A DNA stretch of 64,000 nucleotides. Origin: Selaginella moellendorffii. Its lineage: Eukaryota > Plantae > Lycopodiophyta. This document shows, piece by piece, positions 59,836 to 64,000 of the stretch; within the stretch, counting starts at the first letter, position 1; the number at the start of each line of letters is the position of its first letter. Location of the stretch: contig NW_003314311.1 in assembly GCF_000143415.4 (NCBI RefSeq), positions 1,062,769 to 1,126,768 of the forward strand, given 5' to 3'. Below the pieces are notes generated by a model. The model made no database searches, was not told the DNA's origin, and saw only the letters and a list, made by a program, of their open reading frames with translations. A program made the translations under genes and the position numbers.

Positions 59836-62800
59836 TGTAAGGAACTGACTCCCTAAGATGTCGTAGGCTAAAGGATCCCCGAAAGCATGACTGAAATGAC
59901 AAAGAGTTCATCGGATGGGACCGATACTTGGCAGATAATGCCAAGTCTTGGTGGAGAACGACAGAGGCCAACGAAGGACCGGTGGCCACTTGGGAAATGA
60001 TGAAGGCGAGGATCCGCGCAACTTACGTTCCTCCGAATGCTACTCTGCATCTAAGGGACGAGCTGAGTAGGCTGAAGCAGACCAAAACCATTCAGGAGTA
60101 TGTGAATGGGTTTATGGCAAAGAGGATACTTGTCATGGACATGGGGGATATGGATGCGTTCCATGCCTTCATATCAGGTTTGCAAACCTGGGCTCGCGGT
60201 GAAGTGATGCGATGGAACCTGACCAACTACAAGGAAGCGTTGGATGCGGCCATCAAGGTGCATTTCAACGATAACCTGCGAAAGGGGAACACGACGAGGT
60301 CGGGATGCACGTTTAGCAAAGGGGCCAAACCAAGGGGAACGTTTAGCAGAGGGAAATTCAAGAAGAGTTTCTCTAAGAATGAGTCTTCGGGGTTCCGGAA
60401 AGGCAAATTTGGTGGCCAGCGAGCGAGTACGTGGGGGAGTCAAGCGAAAAGAGACAAACCCACAGATAAGAAGGTCAAGTCATATAGCAGCGTGGGAAAC
60501 AACGTATGCTACAACTGCGGTGAAGCGGGACACTTTTCGAGGGAATGTCCCTACCCGAAAAAGGCCAGAGCCAATATGGCCATCAAGTCGGGTGAAGTCC
60601 AAACTGAGGTATGTGATCCAGTCCCTAACTCAAAGTTACTCATTATACGAGCAACTTTGGTAGAGAGTCGTTCGCGACATCTACTAGCCCTCCGAGGGAA
60701 GCTCGGAGGTAGCTTTGTTAAGATCCTTATTCACACGGATGCTTCGGATAATTTTGTGGCTGCAGACATAGTCCGGCAAGCCGGACTAATGGCGCAGCGG
60801 CTAGGCGAACCAAGGACTATAGAGTTTGTTCAAGGTAGCCAAAGCACCGATGAGGTACTTCGACAAGCGAGAGTCGAAGTAGGGACATGGAAAGTGGACA
60901 TGGATTTCACTGTGTTGGACATGGTGGGATTTGACGTGATCTTCGGAATGGACTGGTTCAATCGGTTCGTGGTAGCCCTGCATGGACGAGGTAGAAACCT
61001 TGTGGTACTGGCGAATGCCCAAGGAAGAAGATCTAGGGTGGAGGCCTAGGATCTAAAGGTAGGGCAAAACAAGGCCAAAGAATCCTGCTTAAACTTGGTG
61101 TCCACGAGAGGACAACTCACTAAAGGAACTAAGGCAACATTTTTGTGCTTACTCTCGGTGAAGAGTGACAAAAAGACAGGAACGGAAGAAGTACCTTTAG
61201 TGATCCAACGGGTGTTGGACCAATTCCAGGATACCATGCCGGAGGAGTTACCGGCGGGGTTGCCCCCCGCACGATCGATAGAACATAAGATTGAGCTGGT
61301 CGAGGGTGCTGAGGCGGTGGTTCGTCCCCCCTATTGTTTGAATGAGAAAGAACTCGAGGAGCTCAAGTGCCAACTAGAGGAGTTGGTGGACAAAGGGTAT
61401 GTTAGGTTGAGCAAGTCGCTATATGGGGCGCCGGTGTTATTTGTGAAAAAGAAAGATGGATCTATGTGCATGTGCATAGACTATCGATTGCTCAACAAGT
61501 ATACAAAGAAGAACAAGTACCCTTTGCCCAGGATTGAGGACCTGTTTGATAGGTTGGGAAAGGCAAAATACTTCTCGAGAATTGACCTGAGGTCAGGATA
61601 CTACCAAATCAGGGTAGCAGAGGAAGATGTCGAGAAGACAACCTGTCGAACTAGGTATGGGAGCTTTGAGTTTCTGGTCATGCCCTTTGGGCTGTGCAAT
61701 GCGCCGGCAACGTTTTCGGCGTTGATGAACCATATCTTTGTACCCTATCTGGATCACTTCGTGGTCGTCTATATTGACGACATCCTAATCTATAGCGAGA
61801 TGCTAGAGGAGCATGCCGAACACTTGGCGAAGGTATTTGAGAAACTAAGGGAACACAAACTGTATGCTAAAGAGAGCAAATGTGACTTTGCTCAACAAGA
61901 GGTAAAGTTTCTCGGGCATGTGGTGGGCCAGGACGGGCTCAAGGTGGACCCAGAGAAGGTCCAAGCGATCCAGGAATGGGAGCGACCATCAAATGTACAT
62001 AAGTTGAGGGCGTTCTTGGGGCTATGCAACTACTATCGAAAGTTTATCAGACACTATTCGAGAGTAGCCCTGCCCTTAACGGACCAAACAGGAAAAGGGA
62101 AGATGGTATGGACAGCGGAATGCGAGGCAGCATTCGTCCACCTTAAAGGGAAGTTGAGGAAGGCTCCCGTGTTGGCATTACCAGACTTTGGTAAGGACTT
62201 TGAGGTAGAAATGGATGCTTCGGACTTTGCGTTGGGCGCAATTTTGAAGTAAGACAACTATCCAATAGCGTTCTTCTCGAAGAAGTTGGACAAGGCTCAA
62301 CGGAAGTGGCTTGCCCACGAGAAGGAATTGTTTGTGGTGGTCAAGGCGCTCAAGGATTGGCAACACTACCTTGGGAGACACTTCAAGGTTTACACGGACA
62401 ATGTAGCAACGAAACACTTTTGTCATAGCCCGACCTGAGAGGGAAACAAGGTCAGTAGGCCAATGCCTTGGCCGAGTTTGATTGTGAGATTCTGTACAAG
62501 CATGGGAAGAGCAACATCGTGGCGGATGCGCTAAGTCGAAAAGCGAGCTTGAGGTTGGCGATATCCAACGCAACAGCAACCTTCTGGGACGATGTGCGGA
62601 CAGCATATGAGAACGATGGTCTAGCACAAGAAGTGTTGCTGAGGAATCTAGAAGCACGGGAAGCTCACCAGAGAGGTGAGCTGCCAACGGAAGAAAAAAC
62701 GGGCTATGCGGAACGCAACAGACTCATCTATTACAAGCAAACGAGGGTGTATGTTCTAGAAGGGGAACTAAGGAAGGTAGCCTTAGAAGAGTGTCATAAT

Positions 62801-63281
62801 GAACCTCTTGCGGGACACGGCGGAGTGCCTAAGACGATGGGCTTACTCAAGAGGAAGTACCATTGGCCAGATATGGCTAAGGACGTCCAAGACTATGTAA
62901 AGACATGTCCAACATGTCAGCAGGTCAAAGCCGTGACTAAGGCTAGTGGGGGCTTGTTGCAAAGCATCCCAATTCCAGATCATCCGTGGAAATGTCTTAC
63001 GATGGACTTCATCACGAGACTTCCCCCAAGCGAGGGGTTTGATGCGATATTCGTGGTGGTGGACCGATTTTCGAAAATGGCACATTTCATACCCACCACA
63101 ATGGAAGTGGATGCGGAAGGTGTGGCGAAGCTATTCTTCGAACAAGTGGTTCGAGTGCGAGGAAGGCCGGAAGAGATCATCTCAGACCAAGATAAGATCT
63201 TCACTAGTAGGTTCTAGAGGACTCTCCTAGAACAGTATCGCACCAAGTTGAAATTCAGCACAGCCTATCACCCACAGACAG

Positions 63282-63328
63282 GTATGGGGTATTAAGTCAA
63301 GTTGGTTGGCACTAACACTTCTTGATAG
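63282..63328 (+). other. 47-nt spliceosomal-type intron inside the retrotransposon integrase core
   Basis: ACAG|GTATGG...CACTAAC...GATAG|ACGGA; removal restores AYHPQT-D-GQTERVN exactly. Confidence 0.85.
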
Positions 63329-63746
63329 ACGGACAAACGGAAAGGGTGAATAGGCAGCTGGAGGATTATTTGCGATGCTATGTCTCAGGAGACCACACCG
63401 ATTGGGTAAGTCATTTGGGACTTGCAGAAATATGTTATAACAACTCACCATATTCGAGTATCAGGGTGAGTCCATGGGAAGTCATCAATGGGCGAGCTAT
63501 TGAAGGTCTTGTGGAGCTCGGTGTGGCCGAGTACCATGGAGAGTTACCCGCAGTGGAGGCATTCATGGCGGAAAGACTCAGCATTTAGAATCTAGTGAGG
63601 GATTCCTTGGAACGGGCTCAACAAAGGCAAACCAAATACGTGAACCAGAAGCGTCAGGATGTAGAGTTCCAAGCTGGGGAAAAGGTGTGGCTGAACACCA
63701 AGAACCTCAGGCTACCAAGTGGGATCAGCCGAAAGTTGACCCAAAG

Positions 63747-63798
63747 GTAAAAATGCATGTATTCCTGTAAATGAATTGATCTTGAGTTCCTTAAGCAG
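63747..63798 (+). other. 52-nt spliceosomal-type intron just before the integrase GPY/F motif
   Basis: CAAAG|GTAAAA...TAAGCAG|GTTC; removal restores RKLTQ-R-FAGPYEI..RIGKVAYRLRLP..MHPVF.V.LLKPY exactly. Confidence 0.85.
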
Positions 63799-64000
63799 GT
63801 TCGCAGGGCCTTACGAGATCGAGACACGAATCGGTAAAGTGGCTTACCGACTCCGACTTCCTCGAGTGATGGGGAAGATGCACCCAGTGTTCCGCGTGAA
63901 CTTACTCAAGCCGTACTTTGAGGATCCGCTTCGCAAGGACCAAGTAAGACCTTTACCTGAGGTTATCCAAGGGGAAGAGGAATACGAAGTTGAGGCCATC

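Larger units (their letters stand above)
59836..64000 (+). mobile_element. Ty3/gypsy chromovirus-type LTR retrotransposon (Galadriel/Tcn1-like); gag-PR-RT-RH-IN-chromodomain, runs off the window
   Basis: Gag YL.DNA.SWW, zinc knuckle CYNCGEAGHFSREC, degenerate protease ILIHTDASDNF, RT ([32 protein letters not shown]), RNase H ([18 protein letters not shown]), integrase HHCC, MDFIT.LP, HPQTDGQTER, GPY motif, chromodomain start EEEYEVEAI. In-frame stops at 61047, 62250, 63215, 63586 and a frameshift near 62420. Confidence 0.95.

Noticed and set aside
61047-63588. Stop-codon read-through or recoding in the retrotransposon pol
   Set aside because: Stops fall at conserved Trp/Gln positions (TGG to TAG, CAA to TAA) and there is also a frameshift, consistent with ordinary decay.

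Overview
Gene-dense eukaryotic land-plant DNA with very short spliceosomal introns (about 35-70 nt) and many PLS-class PPR genes. This pattern suggests a lycophyte such as Selaginella (inference). Apparently intact genes: three PPR genes (one with a complete DYW deaminase), a TMEM230/DUF872 protein, a LysM-GH18 chitinase, a ~1869-aa ZNFX1-type helicase/E3 ligase, a small trihelix/Myb-SANT gene, a type I MADS-box gene, homocysteine S-methyltransferase and two class III peroxidase-like genes. The ZNFX1-type protein has an unusual PB1-CCCH-SF1 helicase-NFX1-RING-like-TPR-RZ finger architecture. Accessory DNA includes three decayed F-box/LRR + fungal-type Fe(II)/2OG oxygenase cassettes (two forming a ~2.4-kb inverted repeat with a nested micro-inversion), a ~7.4-kb tandem duplication of peroxidase + truncated VPS13, and three Ty3/gypsy elements. 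The most striking observations are (i) the PB1/CCCH/TPR-decorated ZNFX1 gene, (ii) two canonical GT-AG introns that split conserved integrase motifs of a chromovirus-type LTR retrotransposon, and (iii) peroxidases whose distal catalytic Arg/His are replaced by Lys/Arg. Splice sites were read by hand; repeat boundaries are approximate.
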